Positions 1 to 10,055 are shown, counted from the first letter of the stretch. The stretch: DNA of 58,491 nt from Nitrospiria bacterium (GCA_046756865.1 JBHHXE010000002.1:1-58491), one strand, 5' to 3'. Numbers and translations: made by a program. Notes: generated from the letters alone by a model not told the origin.

Positions 1-411
1 GGCTCCGTTGTCCGGGGAGATGTCCATTACATCCGGATTGGAGAAAAAACAAGTATTCAGGACTTGTCCGTTCTTCATGTCACCCGCCTGACCCATCCTC
101 TCATTGTCGGCAATGAAGTCACCGTCGGGCACCATGTCACTCTTCATGGATGTACAGTGGAAGATCGTGTCCTGATCGGGATGGGAGCCATCTTGCTGGA
201 TGGAGCCGTCGTCGGAGAAGGCTCAATCATCGGGGCCGGGTCTATTGTGACGGAAGGGGTGAAGATTCCACCCGGTTCATTGGCTTTTGGAGCTCCTGCA
301 CAGGTCAAGCGATTACTCACTCAGGAGGAATCGGCATTTCTCCCTCAATCCGCAAAAAATTATGTTGATCTTGCTAAAATTTATCTGGAAAAGGGGGACG
401 CAATGACATGA
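1..411 (+). CDS. gamma-class carbonic anhydrase-like / hexapeptide-repeat (left-handed beta-helix) protein, 5' end cut by window edge
   Basis: Frame 1 is open from base 1 (GSVVRGDVHYIRIGEKTSIQD...) into the listed ORF. It has a recurrent hexapeptide pattern (VGHHVTLHGCTVEDRVLIGMGAILLDGAVVGEGSIIGAGSIV) and a C-terminal helix as in the YrdA/PaaY family. The stop overlaps the next start (ATGA). Confidence 0.8.
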   Translation, partial: GSVVRGDVHYIRIGEKTSIQDLSVLHVTRLTHPLIVGNEVTVGHHVTLHGCTVEDRVLIGMGAILLDGAVVGEGSIIGAGSIVTEGVKIPPGSLAFGAPAQVKRLLTQEESAFLPQSAKNYVDLAKIYLEKGDAMT

Positions 412-956
412 AAAAAGTACTGGTTCTCCTGGCGCCGGGGTTTGAAGAAATCGAAACAATCACGGTAATTGACATCTTACGGAGGGCCGGGATCGACGTC
501 ACCATGGCCGGGACGGTAGTCGGACCAATCATCGGATCCCGGAGAATACGAGTGATGGCCGACCTGCCAATCGATCAGGTGGTTGACCGCGATTATGATC
601 TAGTTGTTCTCCCCGGTGGACAGCCCGGCACAAAACTTTTAGGGAAAGACCCGCGGGTCAAAAAGATCCTGGATAAGGCCCTTGCCGGGGAAACAGCGGT
701 ATCCGCCATTTGTGCCGCGCCATCCATTTTGACAATGTATGGTTTCCTGTCCGGCAAGCGTGCAACAAGTCACCCTTCCGTCCGGTCAATGATGGAGGGG
801 GTTGATTATTCCGAAGACCGGGTTGTCGTCGATGGGAGATGGATCACGAGCCGTTCTCCCGGCACGGCCATGGAATTTGCCTTCCGGCTGGTGGCCCTTC
901 TGGTCGGTGACGAAAAAGTAAAAGAGGTGAATGAGGGAGTCATGGCCCGGCTTTAA
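408..956 (+). CDS. DJ-1/PfpI (ThiJ/YajL-like) family protein
   Basis: 182-aa ORF with N-terminal KVLVLLAPGFEEIE, a nucleophile-elbow Cys (AICAAPS) and C-terminal SRSPGTAMEFA. ATGA overlap with the upstream gene. Confidence 0.85.
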   Translation: MKKVLVLLAPGFEEIETITVIDILRRAGIDVTMAGTVVGPIIGSRRIRVMADLPIDQVVDRDYDLVVLPGGQPGTKLLGKDPRVKKILDKALAGETAVSAICAAPSILTMYGFLSGKRATSHPSVRSMMEGVDYSEDRVVVDGRWITSRSPGTAMEFAFRLVALLVGDEKVKEVNEGVMARL

Positions 957-1025
957 ATAAGTTTTTTATAGACCACTGAAGAACGCCGACACGGAGCCTC
1001 AAATCAGGTGAACTGTAAAATGATA

Positions 1026-1262
1026 TCAGGGCTTGACCAACTGCGAAGGAAAGGTGTCGAACTGAATTTCCGATACGGGTACAACATGGAGGCGTTTACA
1101 CCGTTTACACTTCAGCTCGAGCCCCTCTTGACAGAACCGGGCAATTAGGCTTCCGCAAAAACATCTAAAATCATGCGGATTAGAAGCTTCCTGAGTTGAT
1201 GATTGCTTTGTCGGTTTGATGTGCTTCACCTCAGAATCCTGTCCGCTAGACAATGGAACCAA
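1026..1262 (-). CDS. small basic zinc-ribbon protein (Com-like), hypothetical
   Basis: 78-aa ORF with a TTG start. An alternative in-frame GTG at 1229 is preceded by AGGA. Cys pairs (CFC ... CKRC) in a basic context resemble Mu Com-type zinc ribbons. Recognised by eye only. Confidence 0.4.
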   Translation of the reverse strand: MVPLSSGQDSEVKHIKPTKQSSTQEASNPHDFRCFCGSLIARFCQEGLELKCKRCKRLHVVPVSEIQFDTFPSQLVKP

Positions 1263-1266
1263 GCAT

Positions 1267-1286
1267 TGATAATAGATATCAATATC
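1267..1286. promoter_or_regulatory. Fur-box-like palindrome (TGATAAT-A-GATATCA)
   Basis: GATAATAGATATCAATATC matches 14 of 19 positions of GATAATGATAATCATTATC (counted by eye). It lies in the divergent region between the zinc-ribbon ORF and the ABC1-kinase gene. Confidence 0.3.
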
Positions 1287-1461
1287 AAAGATGACACTAT
1301 CTCATCGGGATACTCTTGTCAAGCTCTTTTTGGTCTCTATTGAGATTATTGGAAACCCCGCCCTGAATGGCTGCGCCCGCGATACCGACCCCCTCCCCGA
1401 GAAAGAGGTCTCTTGTGCCTAAGGGCGAATCTTGATAGAGTGAATACTCACCTGTGAGGTT

Positions 1462-3210
1462 GTGTTGTCAGAAGCAAAAAAAATGCATGACAGGGCCTCC
1501 TCCCCACCCGGGCCTGAGGCATCAGAATGCTCTTCTCCCGGTATGCGTTCGGAGAGGGACGCTCCCCCAGCGGCCTTTGCCAAAATGCGGACACGGGCAG
1601 TTCGGATCTGCTGGCTTGCCTTTCTAATTTTCCTCGACTATTTTCTCTACGCAATCTTTTCCTTTTTCCTTCCCGGAAAACGCGGGAATCAGTGGAAAGA
1701 AGGTCTTCATAAGAAAAATGCGCTAAGATTGCAACAGACCGCCCTTTCACTGAAGGGGCTTCTGATCAAGGTTGGCCAGTTTATGAGCGCCCGGGTCGAT
1801 CTTCTGCCTGAGGCATATACCCAAACCCTTTCGCTCCTTCAGGATCAGGTTCCCCCTGCCCCCTTCCCTGGCATCAAAGCGCGATTTATTGAAGAATTCG
1901 GGGCAGCGCCTTCATCCATATTTCAGGCCTTCAACGAGGCTCCCATTGCCTCCGCATCCCTGGGGCAGGTCCATGAGGCTCGTCTGAAATCTACTCAGGC
2001 TGAGCCCCAAGCCGTCGGGACACGGGTGGCCGTAAAAATACAATATCCTAAAATAGAATCAATCGTAGAAACCGACTTAAAAGCCATTCGATCCATTATC
2101 TGGGCGCTTCAAAAAATATTCCACAAGATTCGCTTTGATATCCTCTATAGCGAATTCTCGAAAATTGTCCATCAAGAATTGAACTATATAGACGAGGCCC
2201 ACCATGCCGAACAATTCCGGAAAAATTTTGAGGAAGATGAACGCATTATTATTCCGGAGGTGGTTTGGCCCTATACCACGAAGCGCGTACTGACGCTTCA
2301 ATTTGTAGAGGGGATCAAGATCAACCGTTTTGATGAAATCAAGGAGGCCGGCATCGACACGACTTCCGTGGCAACCCTCCTCGTAGAATCTTACATGAAG
2401 CAGATCTTGCAGCACCGGTTTTTCCATGGAGACCCTCACCCCGGGAATCTCTTTGTCCAGACGGGTCCCCGGCTGGTCTTTGTGGATTTTGGCTTGATGC
2501 AGGAAATCCCTTCCTCAATCCACCAGGGGATTGGGAAGATCATCATCGCCATCATTGATCGGGACATCTCTGGAATCACGCAGGCCCTCCTCGACCTCGG
2601 CTTTATCGCCCGGAGTGAGAAAACAGAGGATGTGGAAAATGTGGTTCGCTTTTTCATGGACCGTTACCGTTATATTTCTCCTCGTTCGTTCAAGACCATT
2701 ACCGTCTCCCAGGTCGCCCAGGATCTTGAAACCCTTTTTCACGTATACCCTTCGCTTCAGATCCCTAATCACTTTATTCTGTTCGGAAGGACTGCAGGGA
2801 TGCTTAACGGACTATGCTCTCAGCTTGACCCGAACCTGAACATCATTGAATTGGCAAAACCCCATGCCAAAAAATTTGTCTCGCCAAGCGATTGGTCACG
2901 TGATTTTTTTTCCAAAGGGGAAGAGATTCTATCCTCTCTTCTCGAACTTCCAATCGCATTGCGAACCCTGGTAGAGCTCTCAAACCGGGGACATTTCAGG
3001 ACAGAAATACACTCAGAGGATCTCACCCAGATTTTAGGAAAGATCTACCGGCTCGCTTACCGGACAATCCTTGCCGTTATTATTGTCGCAATGGCGCTTC
3101 TTTATCGAAATTTTGTCCACGACTATAAAAGTCCTGAAGGAATTTTACTGGGCATTTCGATTGTACTTCCATCGCTGATCCTCCTACTCTCATTTTTAAG
3201 GAGGAAGTAG
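1462..3210 (+). CDS. ABC1/UbiB-family atypical protein kinase
   Basis: Motifs KVGQFMSARVDLLP, ASASLGQVHEA, VAVKIQYP, HGDPHPGNL and VDFG, plus C-terminal TM helices. The start is uncertain (in-frame ATGs at 1483, 1543, 1585). Confidence 0.85.
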   Translation: MLSEAKKMHDRASSPPGPEASECSSPGMRSERDAPPAAFAKMRTRAVRICWLAFLIFLDYFLYAIFSFFLPGKRGNQWKEGLHKKNALRLQQTALSLKGLLIKVGQFMSARVDLLPEAYTQTLSLLQDQVPPAPFPGIKARFIEEFGAAPSSIFQAFNEAPIASASLGQVHEARLKSTQAEPQAVGTRVAVKIQYPKIESIVETDLKAIRSIIWALQKIFHKIRFDILYSEFSKIVHQELNYIDEAHHAEQFRKNFEEDERIIIPEVVWPYTTKRVLTLQFVEGIKINRFDEIKEAGIDTTSVATLLVESYMKQILQHRFFHGDPHPGNLFVQTGPRLVFVDFGLMQEIPSSIHQGIGKIIIAIIDRDISGITQALLDLGFIARSEKTEDVENVVRFFMDRYRYISPRSFKTITVSQVAQDLETLFHVYPSLQIPNHFILFGRTAGMLNGLCSQLDPNLNIIELAKPHAKKFVSPSDWSRDFFSKGEEILSSLLELPIALRTLVELSNRGHFRTEIHSEDLTQILGKIYRLAYRTILAVIIVAMALLYRNFVHDYKSPEGILLGISIVLPSLILLLSFLRRK

Positions 3211-3278
3211 GGTTATCCCGCTAAAAAATGCGGTTAGACCTTCACTGGCAATTATAAAGTGATCATAAGGAGCCTAGC

Positions 3279-4703
3279 TTGAATAAAAAACAATATTGTC
3301 CATCCAGCCTCAGGCTCCATCCGGTACATGTGATTCGTCTTGCGCTTATCATCTTTTCGCTCTTTATCGTATTGGGGTGTACACCGTCTTCTGACAAAAC
3401 ACTCGCCGAAGCAAAACGCGCCTACGAGCAGGGGGATTATAACCGCGCACTCGCCTTGAGCGACGGACTCCTCAAAGAGATCCCAGACTCATTTCCGGCC
3501 CATCGGATAAAAACACTCTCTTATGTTGCCCAGGGGTCAATAGAGACAGCATTCAATGGCCTTGAGATCGCTGAAGAACGGTACCCGGAATTGGGCACAC
3601 CGCTTTTAAAGGAAATCGCAATCGGGATCATCAAGCTGTCCCTTTCTCATGAAAACTTATTTGTGCGAAGTGCCGCCATTAAGGCCGTAGGAGAAATGGG
3701 GGATGTGAAGCTGATCACTCTGATTATCCCCGGACTGAAAGATTCCCAGACCTTCGTCCGGTTTTTCGCAGTTGAATCAATCGGCCTTCTGGGTGGGCCG
3801 GATGCCTTGAAACTGTTTATGGCGGCGGGAAATGATCCGGATGGGATGGTCCGCGTCGGGGCCGTAAAAGCCATAGATGACATGGCGGAGGAAAATAATA
3901 GGAAAGGACAACGGGAACCTGACACGCTGAATAAACTTCTTGCAACATTTACGGAGGATACCGATATTACCGTTCAGCTTTTCTCTCTCGCTGCATTGGC
4001 GAAGTGGGGAGATCAGGACGCCTTTCAAAAAATGCTGAAGATCACCCGTGGGCTGAGTGCCAACGAAAGGTTTGCCGGAGCATCCGCGCTTGGAAGAAGC
4101 AAGAAAAGCAAGGCGGTGCCTCTTCTGGTCGATTTTATTGCGGACCCGGAGGAATCCCTCCGAATGTACGCCGCAGAAGCAATGGGGGAGATTGCATCAG
4201 GTGATATCTATTTACCTTTAGTCAAAGCCCTGTCCGACCCGGCGAAATCCGTTCGGGCCGCCTCAGCCACATCGCTTGGTAAACTCGGGGACGAACGGGC
4301 CATTCCACTCCTGAGAAATTTACTCAAGGATACCGATGCCATTGTTCGGGTTTCCGCTGCTGAAGGACTGCATTATCTGGGACAGGAGTCATTTTCCACA
4401 TTTCGGGATGCCATGACGGAAAAAGACTACGCCATTCGCCACTTCACCATCGGCGCGCTCCGAAGAACAGGGGGGGATGAGGCATTTCGACTCTTGTCCA
4501 TGGCGATGCAGGATACGGCGCCGCGCGTACGAATCGCCACGATCCGGGCCCTGGGAGAAATCGGAAACATCAAGGCCCTCCCCTTCCTCAGGGAAAGCCT
4601 CAAAGATCCGGACCTTGCGGTCCGGACCTACGCGGCAGGAAACGTCGGACGGGTCTTAAATAAGGCTTCCGGAACATCCTTAAAGAGGACCAAAATGGAA
4701 TAA
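3279..4703 (+). CDS. HEAT/PBS-lyase-repeat lipoprotein with TPR-like N-terminus
   Basis: TTG start, signal peptide and lipobox (FIVLGC). Many repeats of the VR..A..ALG..GD..A...L type. Confidence 0.75.
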   Translation: MNKKQYCPSSLRLHPVHVIRLALIIFSLFIVLGCTPSSDKTLAEAKRAYEQGDYNRALALSDGLLKEIPDSFPAHRIKTLSYVAQGSIETAFNGLEIAEERYPELGTPLLKEIAIGIIKLSLSHENLFVRSAAIKAVGEMGDVKLITLIIPGLKDSQTFVRFFAVESIGLLGGPDALKLFMAAGNDPDGMVRVGAVKAIDDMAEENNRKGQREPDTLNKLLATFTEDTDITVQLFSLAALAKWGDQDAFQKMLKITRGLSANERFAGASALGRSKKSKAVPLLVDFIADPEESLRMYAAEAMGEIASGDIYLPLVKALSDPAKSVRAASATSLGKLGDERAIPLLRNLLKDTDAIVRVSAAEGLHYLGQESFSTFRDAMTEKDYAIRHFTIGALRRTGGDEAFRLLSMAMQDTAPRVRIATIRALGEIGNIKALPFLRESLKDPDLAVRTYAAGNVGRVLNKASGTSLKRTKME

Positions 4704-4774
4704 GCCAACGAAGGGGCACAACAATTTCGAGTTGCGCCCGCTTCAACGACGCCACAAAACCCCGGATGAAAGGT

Positions 4775-6916
4775 TCAACCGGCCTCAGATAATTCTGCCT
4801 CAACATCCTTATAAAGCGTGGTCTTATTGCGTCCCCCCTGTTTGGAGGCATACAGGGCACGATCCGCATAAGCGATTAACTCCTCCCGACGTTCTGCGTC
4901 TTCCGGTTGTCCGCTTATTCCTAGGCTGACGGTCACTATTATCTTTTTGCCTTCCCATAGGGCGGGAGTCGATTCTACCGCCTTTCTGATACGTTCTGCC
5001 ATCCGCTGGGCCCGCGCTGCGTCTGTTTTGGCCAGGAGGACCGCAAACTCTTCCCCGCCGTAACGGGCAGCCGCGTCAACCTTTCGGACCAGCTTCCTCA
5101 AAATACCGGATACTTTCCTGATCACGGCATCTCCCGCCGGATGGCCAAAGGTATCATTCACTTTCTTAAAGTAATCAATGTCTATCATTAAGAGGGAAAA
5201 CGGCTCGGGATGACGGTCCACCCTGTCGAACATCTCCGAAAGACGGTCCTGAAAACCACGATGGTTCAGAAGCCCGGTCAGTTCATCTGTCTGGGTAAGT
5301 TTCTCCATCCTGGCATGGACCTGCGCCTCGCTGATTGAGACAGCAGCATGGTTACACATAATTTTAAGGATATGTCGATTATAGGTTGTGAACGCGTCTC
5401 CCTTCACGGATGAAAAAAGAATGACGCCGATCACATCCTCTTCCTTTTCCATTGGTAGACCCAAAAATGAATGAGAAGGAAGACGAATCCTGCACCCATC
5501 CGGGAAAATTTTATTTTCTTTGCGCCGCGAGAAAGGAGAGGTCTCCATCCTGGCAGACAAGGTGTTTGAGAAGATCAGGTCATGGCGATTCTTAACGATC
5601 AGACTGAGCAAACCATTTGTGAGCGGGAAGGAATAATCAATTATTTTTGTATCATAGCCATCGACGGCCTTGACCACCATTCGGCGCCCCCCTCCCTCAA
5701 CCAGAAAGATAAAGCAGGTGTCAAAGTTTATTATATTTTTTGCTGAGGAGATCGTTTCTTTCAGGCGAAAGGTCAAGTCAAGTGTCGATCCTACTTTTTT
5801 TGTAAAATTGAGCAGGGTGATGTTTTCATTTGTCTGGTCCCCTAGGCGCTGCTGCCCCCGGTAATACTGAAGGACACGGAGGACCTCTTTGGCGATGAGT
5901 TTCGTCAGCTCTTCATCTCGCCTGGAAAAGGCATGATCTTTCACACTGTCAATACAGATGAGTCCTTCCAACTTGTCCTGATCCAGGATGGGGACAACAA
6001 TAAGAGAACAGATGGGAACCGATCCATCGTCGTAATCCAGTCCCTCCTTGTGATTTCGTAGATCTGAAATCGAAATCGTTTTCCCTTCCTTTGCAATCCA
6101 GCCCAGGATGCCCTCTCCCAGACGAATCCTTTTCTCTCGATTGACGCCGGCTTGATCGGCGCTTCCCTTCGCCGCACAGACCCAGAGATGTTCCTCTTCG
6201 GAATTGTAAAACAGGACCACAGACCGGGTAATTTCAGCCTGGCTTTCCATAACCACGCGCAAGAGGTTCTCAAGATCCGCTTCCATTTGCTCTGCATATG
6301 CAATGGCATCTTCCTGCTTGCGTTCTTCAAGAAGGTGCCCCGCACTTTCACCAGAACCCGGGGGAGATTCCAGTGACGCGGCCCTGTCCTGAATTCTCTG
6401 AAATTGCTCCTGAAGGAACTCTTTTTCCTGTTGTTGCGAACGGAGGAAAGCCTGCACAATCGGAGGAATCGTGGCAAGCGTGACGGCCAGAAAAAATAAA
6501 CCGAGGGGTATCCCTCCCTCCGAAGGAGCAAAGATGAGCGGGGTAAATTCAAGAAATATGATCGCAGCAACAGCGGCCATATTTCTGAAAAAATCATTGT
6601 GAAGAGAAGAAAGCAGGATGACAAGCATGTAGGCGAAAAGGAAAGGGGAATGGATGCCGCCCGTCATCCCGGAAACTGTGTGAACGAAGAGGAGCGCAAG
6701 CCCAAGGGCTTCGATATCCATCGCAGGAGAGGACTTCCTTTTGACCCGCTCATAAACGAGGGGGAAGGAAAGCGTGACAAAAACCAGCCACCAAATAAAA
6801 CGGCCTGTGGTGTAAATGCCGGCAGGCATCCTGAGTCCGACGGCAGAAAACAAAAACAGGATGGATAAAGCAAAGAACCTCAAGCAAACCGCTCCATGGG
6901 TTTTTTCAAGATGCAA
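4775..6916 (-). CDS. membrane-anchored GAF-GAF-GGDEF diguanylate cyclase
   Basis: 713 aa with N-terminal multi-TM region, coiled-coil linker and two GAF-like segments. The GGDEF domain has intact GGEEF and an RKVD (RxxD) I-site five residues upstream. Confidence 0.85.
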   Translation of the reverse strand: MHLEKTHGAVCLRFFALSILFLFSAVGLRMPAGIYTTGRFIWWLVFVTLSFPLVYERVKRKSSPAMDIEALGLALLFVHTVSGMTGGIHSPFLFAYMLVILLSSLHNDFFRNMAAVAAIIFLEFTPLIFAPSEGGIPLGLFFLAVTLATIPPIVQAFLRSQQQEKEFLQEQFQRIQDRAASLESPPGSGESAGHLLEERKQEDAIAYAEQMEADLENLLRVVMESQAEITRSVVLFYNSEEEHLWVCAAKGSADQAGVNREKRIRLGEGILGWIAKEGKTISISDLRNHKEGLDYDDGSVPICSLIVVPILDQDKLEGLICIDSVKDHAFSRRDEELTKLIAKEVLRVLQYYRGQQRLGDQTNENITLLNFTKKVGSTLDLTFRLKETISSAKNIINFDTCFIFLVEGGGRRMVVKAVDGYDTKIIDYSFPLTNGLLSLIVKNRHDLIFSNTLSARMETSPFSRRKENKIFPDGCRIRLPSHSFLGLPMEKEEDVIGVILFSSVKGDAFTTYNRHILKIMCNHAAVSISEAQVHARMEKLTQTDELTGLLNHRGFQDRLSEMFDRVDRHPEPFSLLMIDIDYFKKVNDTFGHPAGDAVIRKVSGILRKLVRKVDAAARYGGEEFAVLLAKTDAARAQRMAERIRKAVESTPALWEGKKIIVTVSLGISGQPEDAERREELIAYADRALYASKQGGRNKTTLYKDVEAELSEAG

Positions 6917-7095
6917 AGAAAAGGATAATCCTCTTCAGGCTGATAGATAACTTGAATCAGCTCCCATTTATCTTTCCCAAGAAAATTGAGCTGGTTTTCC
7001 ATCTGAACACCAGCCAGCCTTTCTGTCTTATACTCCCATTTTGCCAAGGGCTCAGACCTCCGCCTCCAGACTCCAACGTTCGCCGGAATGACCAC
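6880..7095 (-). CDS. DUF4177-like small protein
   Basis: The core KWEYKTERLAG...NFLGKDKWELIQV resembles DUF4177. It overlaps the downstream cyclase ORF start by 37 nt, so one of the two starts is probably later. Confidence 0.5.
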   Translation of the reverse strand: MVIPANVGVWRRRSEPLAKWEYKTERLAGVQMENQLNFLGKDKWELIQVIYQPEEDYPFLCILKKPMERFA

Positions 7096-7108
7096 TTTTT
7101 ATAACGGC

Positions 7109-8020
7109 CTAAATATTGAGTTTGAAAAAATTCTTAACCTGCCGCTTCAGGATGAGTTGTTTCAGTTCATCCACTTTAAGGCGAGCCGCCTCTTCTCCCC
7201 TCTTCATCGCCTCTTTGTACCGCCAGAAATCGGACCAGTGAATATCGTCCATTTTGGGGGAGATCACGAGGTCCGCACTGGATAACTGCAGATGGGAGAG
7301 GGTTCGTCGTGTGATTTCACCCGACCTGAGAACAATATCGAGTCCACTGTTGAGACCATCTGAAGCATCCTTCTCTTCCGAAATATCCACCGCGATGGTG
7401 AAATTCGCTCCAAGCTTTCTTAGAGGCTCAACCGGAACCTGATTGACCCATCCTCCGTCAATCAGCAATGCGTCCCCAATTTTGATAGGAGGGAAAACAC
7501 CCGGAATCGCGCAACTGGCCGCAACGCTCTTTCTTAACGGCCCCTTGGTCAAAACCACTTCATCCCCTCCAATGAGATCTGCTGCGAGGGCCGCGAAGGG
7601 AACCACCGTCTCATCCATTTCTTTATCATCCAAAAGGTAGCTGAGGTGTTCGAGAAAATCTTCTTCGGGGATGAAGGAAGTGCGTTGAAGGGAAATACCC
7701 CAAAATATTCCCTTTTGAAGGTAGGATCTAATGCTGGAAAGAAAATCTGTAGTTTTGTTCTGCTCGTAGTGTTTTTTTATGAAAAATATTTTCGTCCGAC
7801 GAAACCGGCTGCCTCCCAGGAATTTGATCACCCGTTCACGGACTGAATCCACGTTTGGGGTCTGGGCATACATCGCACCGACGATGGAACCAAAGCTGGT
7901 TCCGGCAATCAGGTGAAAAGGGATGTCTTCTTCCTCAAGCACCTTCAACACGCCAAGATGCGCGATGCCTTTGGCCCCGCCACCCCCGAGCGCCAATCCA
8001 ACTTTTACAAATGGTGTCAT
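7109..8020 (-). CDS. patatin-like phospholipase (RssA-like)
   Basis: GGGGAKG oxyanion motif, GTSFG (GxSxG) and DGG catalytic Asp. I place the start at ATG 8020 (MTPFVKVGLALGGGG), because the ORF-track start at 8095 would overlap the upstream gene. Confidence 0.85.
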   Translation of the reverse strand: MTPFVKVGLALGGGGAKGIAHLGVLKVLEEEDIPFHLIAGTSFGSIVGAMYAQTPNVDSVRERVIKFLGGSRFRRTKIFFIKKHYEQNKTTDFLSSIRSYLQKGIFWGISLQRTSFIPEEDFLEHLSYLLDDKEMDETVVPFAALAADLIGGDEVVLTKGPLRKSVAASCAIPGVFPPIKIGDALLIDGGWVNQVPVEPLRKLGANFTIAVDISEEKDASDGLNSGLDIVLRSGEITRRTLSHLQLSSADLVISPKMDDIHWSDFWRYKEAMKRGEEAARLKVDELKQLILKRQVKNFFKLNI

Positions 8021-8033
8021 TTTGACTATAGAG

Positions 8034-8270
8034 TTACTCCCCTTCTTTTTTCTCAGCCGCCGCCTCAGATCCCTTCTTTCGGGCCTTCGCCTCAATGGAA
8101 GCCGTGCGCGCGATCAGGCGCTTGCTTCTTCGCTGGGCCCGCTTCAATTTCTTTCTGAGTCCCCGTTCCTGCACCGCGTCTTTAGACGCGTCTTTTTTCC
8201 CGATGCTGACCTTCAAGGCTTTAATCTTTTTCTCCAGCTTACTGACAACTGTCACTTTTTTTGCCGCCAT
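8034..8270 (-). CDS. small Lys/Arg-rich basic protein, hypothetical
   Basis: 78-aa ORF that is tightly packed: its stop lies 13 nt before the patatin start. Highly basic, low complexity (KK, RKKLKRAQRRSKR, KARKKG). No family recognised. Confidence 0.45.
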   Translation of the reverse strand: MAAKKVTVVSKLEKKIKALKVSIGKKDASKDAVQERGLRKKLKRAQRRSKRLIARTASIEAKARKKGSEAAAEKKEGE

Positions 8271-8328
8271 GCTTCCCTCCGATAATATACAATGTCATCC
8301 TGTTATTTTTTCCGCCATACACGGCAAA

Positions 8329-9246
8329 TCATCCCTTGAAAAAAGCAACCGTTCTTGCCAGACCTTCTTCCAGCGACACACGGGGCTCCCATTCAACCGC
8401 CTTGTTGATCTTCTGCCAATCGAGGACGCTGCGGGTCTGTTCCCCCTTTTTTTCCGCGCCGTGAATTTCCTTCACAGTGGAAGCCGTCGCGCCAAGGAGA
8501 TATCTATACAGTTGGTTCTCCGAAGTTTCCTGTCCCGTTCCAACATTATAAGTTCCCGCAACTTCATTATTGATGACGGCCATATTGGCATCAACCACAT
8601 CGTCTACAAAAATATAATCCCGTGTCTGCATGCCATTTCCATTGATGACAACTTGCTCTCCTTTCAACATTTTTTGCGTGAAAGCAGCCACAACACCGGC
8701 CTCTCCATGGAGACCCTGCCTGGGGCCATAAACATGACCATACCTTAGTGCCGTATATTCCAGGCCGCTGGCCTTTTGATAGTAGAACAGGTAGTGCTCG
8801 CTCGACAGCTTGCTGACACCATAAGGAGAATGCGGATGGGTTGGATGCCCCTCGGGAGCAGGGAAGAGCTCCTGTTCCCCATACACTGCCCCGCCGGAAG
8901 AGGCAAAAACAATCCGACGCGTCCCATGCCGAACAGCAGAATCAAGAAGGTTCAAGAGACCAAGAATATTCGTCCGCGCGTCAATCTCCGGATCAGAAAC
9001 CGATCTGGGAATATCAACCTGGGCCGCATGGTGGCTGATAATTTCAGGCTTCTCTTTTTGGAAAACCCGCTCGACCCGCTTGCTGTTGAGGATATCCACT
9101 TTATAGAATGAGGCTTCTTTGTTAATATTTTTTTTCTTTCCCGTGGAAAGGTTATCTACAACAACCACCTGATAGCCTTCCTGAATGAGTCGGTCCACCA
9201 AGTGGGAGCCGATGAAGCCGGCGCCGCCGGTCACCAATACCTTCAT
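8329..9246 (-). CDS. NAD-dependent sugar epimerase/dehydratase (extended SDR, GalE-like)
   Basis: [10 protein letters not shown] Rossmann motif and YxxxK (SPYGVSKLSSE). 305 aa. 4-nt overlap with tlyA. Confidence 0.85.
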   Translation of the reverse strand: MKVLVTGGAGFIGSHLVDRLIQEGYQVVVVDNLSTGKKKNINKEASFYKVDILNSKRVERVFQKEKPEIISHHAAQVDIPRSVSDPEIDARTNILGLLNLLDSAVRHGTRRIVFASSGGAVYGEQELFPAPEGHPTHPHSPYGVSKLSSEHYLFYYQKASGLEYTALRYGHVYGPRQGLHGEAGVVAAFTQKMLKGEQVVINGNGMQTRDYIFVDDVVDANMAVINNEVAGTYNVGTGQETSENQLYRYLLGATASTVKEIHGAEKKGEQTRSVLDWQKINKAVEWEPRVSLEEGLARTVAFFKG

Positions 9247-10055
9247 GTTTGGGTCATCTCCAATCTTGTTTTCGTCACTTTTGTCCCTATCTTTTTAAAA
9301 TAAACCAGGAACTCCGCATTCCCCTTTTGGCCCAGGATAGGAGAGGGAGTCGTCCCAAGAAGTTCTAAACCCCAGGCAGCTGCCTCCCCGCAGATCCGAT
9401 CCAGAACTTTTTGGCGTTTTTCAGGGCTTCTGACAATCCCCCCCTTTCCGACCTCTCCTTTTCCAACCTCGAATTGCGGCTTCACCAGGGGGATCAATAC
9501 TGCACCCGCGTTCAGGAAAGGAAGAATACAGGGGATCACTTTTTCAAGAGAAATAAACGATACATCCACTGTCGCCAGATCCATCCGGTCCGGAATCAGA
9601 TCTTCGGAAAGGGTCCGAATGTTCTGTCGCTCGATGACAATCACGCGCTTATCCTGGCGAAGCCGCCAGTCAAGCTGACCGTAACCCACATCAACCGCAT
9701 AAACCTTCTCCGCCCCTTTCTGTAGGAGACAATCCGTGAAACCACCCGTGGAAGCTCCAACATCTATTGCCACCATTCCGGTAACTTCTATGCAGAAGGT
9801 CTTCAGAGCCCATTCCAACTTACAGCCGCCCCGGCTGACATAAGGAAAGGCCTTTTTTTTAACAACAATCCCCGCATCAATTTCTACCCGGAGACCGGCC
9901 TTGTCCACCTTTTTGCCATCCACGATCACAGCGCCGGAGAGGATGAGTGCTTTCGCTCTTTCACGGCTTTCCGCAAGACCGCGCGAGTACAACAGGATAT
10001 CAAGCCGCTCTTTATCGGGTTTGTAACGAGAATTTCGCTCGCTATCCGTAATCAA
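9243..10055 (-). CDS. tlyA: TlyA-family rRNA (cytidine-2'-O)-methyltransferase
   Basis: N-terminal S4 domain ([34 protein letters not shown]) and FtsJ-like SAM motif ([11 protein letters not shown]). Confidence 0.85.
   Translation of the reverse strand: MITDSERNSRYKPDKERLDILLYSRGLAESRERAKALILSGAVIVDGKKVDKAGLRVEIDAGIVVKKKAFPYVSRGGCKLEWALKTFCIEVTGMVAIDVGASTGGFTDCLLQKGAEKVYAVDVGYGQLDWRLRQDKRVIVIERQNIRTLSEDLIPDRMDLATVDVSFISLEKVIPCILPFLNAGAVLIPLVKPQFEVGKGEVGKGGIVRSPEKRQKVLDRICGEAAAWGLELLGTTPSPILGQKGNAEFLVYFKKIGTKVTKTRLEMTQT

Noticed and set aside
4714-4739. Hairpin between the convergent HEAT-repeat and cyclase genes as a bidirectional terminator
   Set aside because: The 9-bp stem has one mismatch and no T-tract on either strand. 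This is too weak to annotate.
5941-6624. 227-aa ORF on the minus strand inside the diguanylate cyclase gene, in another frame
   Set aside because: It lies entirely inside a well-supported GAF-GGDEF gene. Its composition is Arg/Ser/Leu-rich and low complexity, typical of an off-frame artefact in GC-rich DNA.
8095-8748. 217-aa plus-strand ORF antisense to the epimerase and the small basic protein
   Set aside because: It has no recognisable motifs, whereas the opposite strand has strong SDR motifs and operon-consistent packing.
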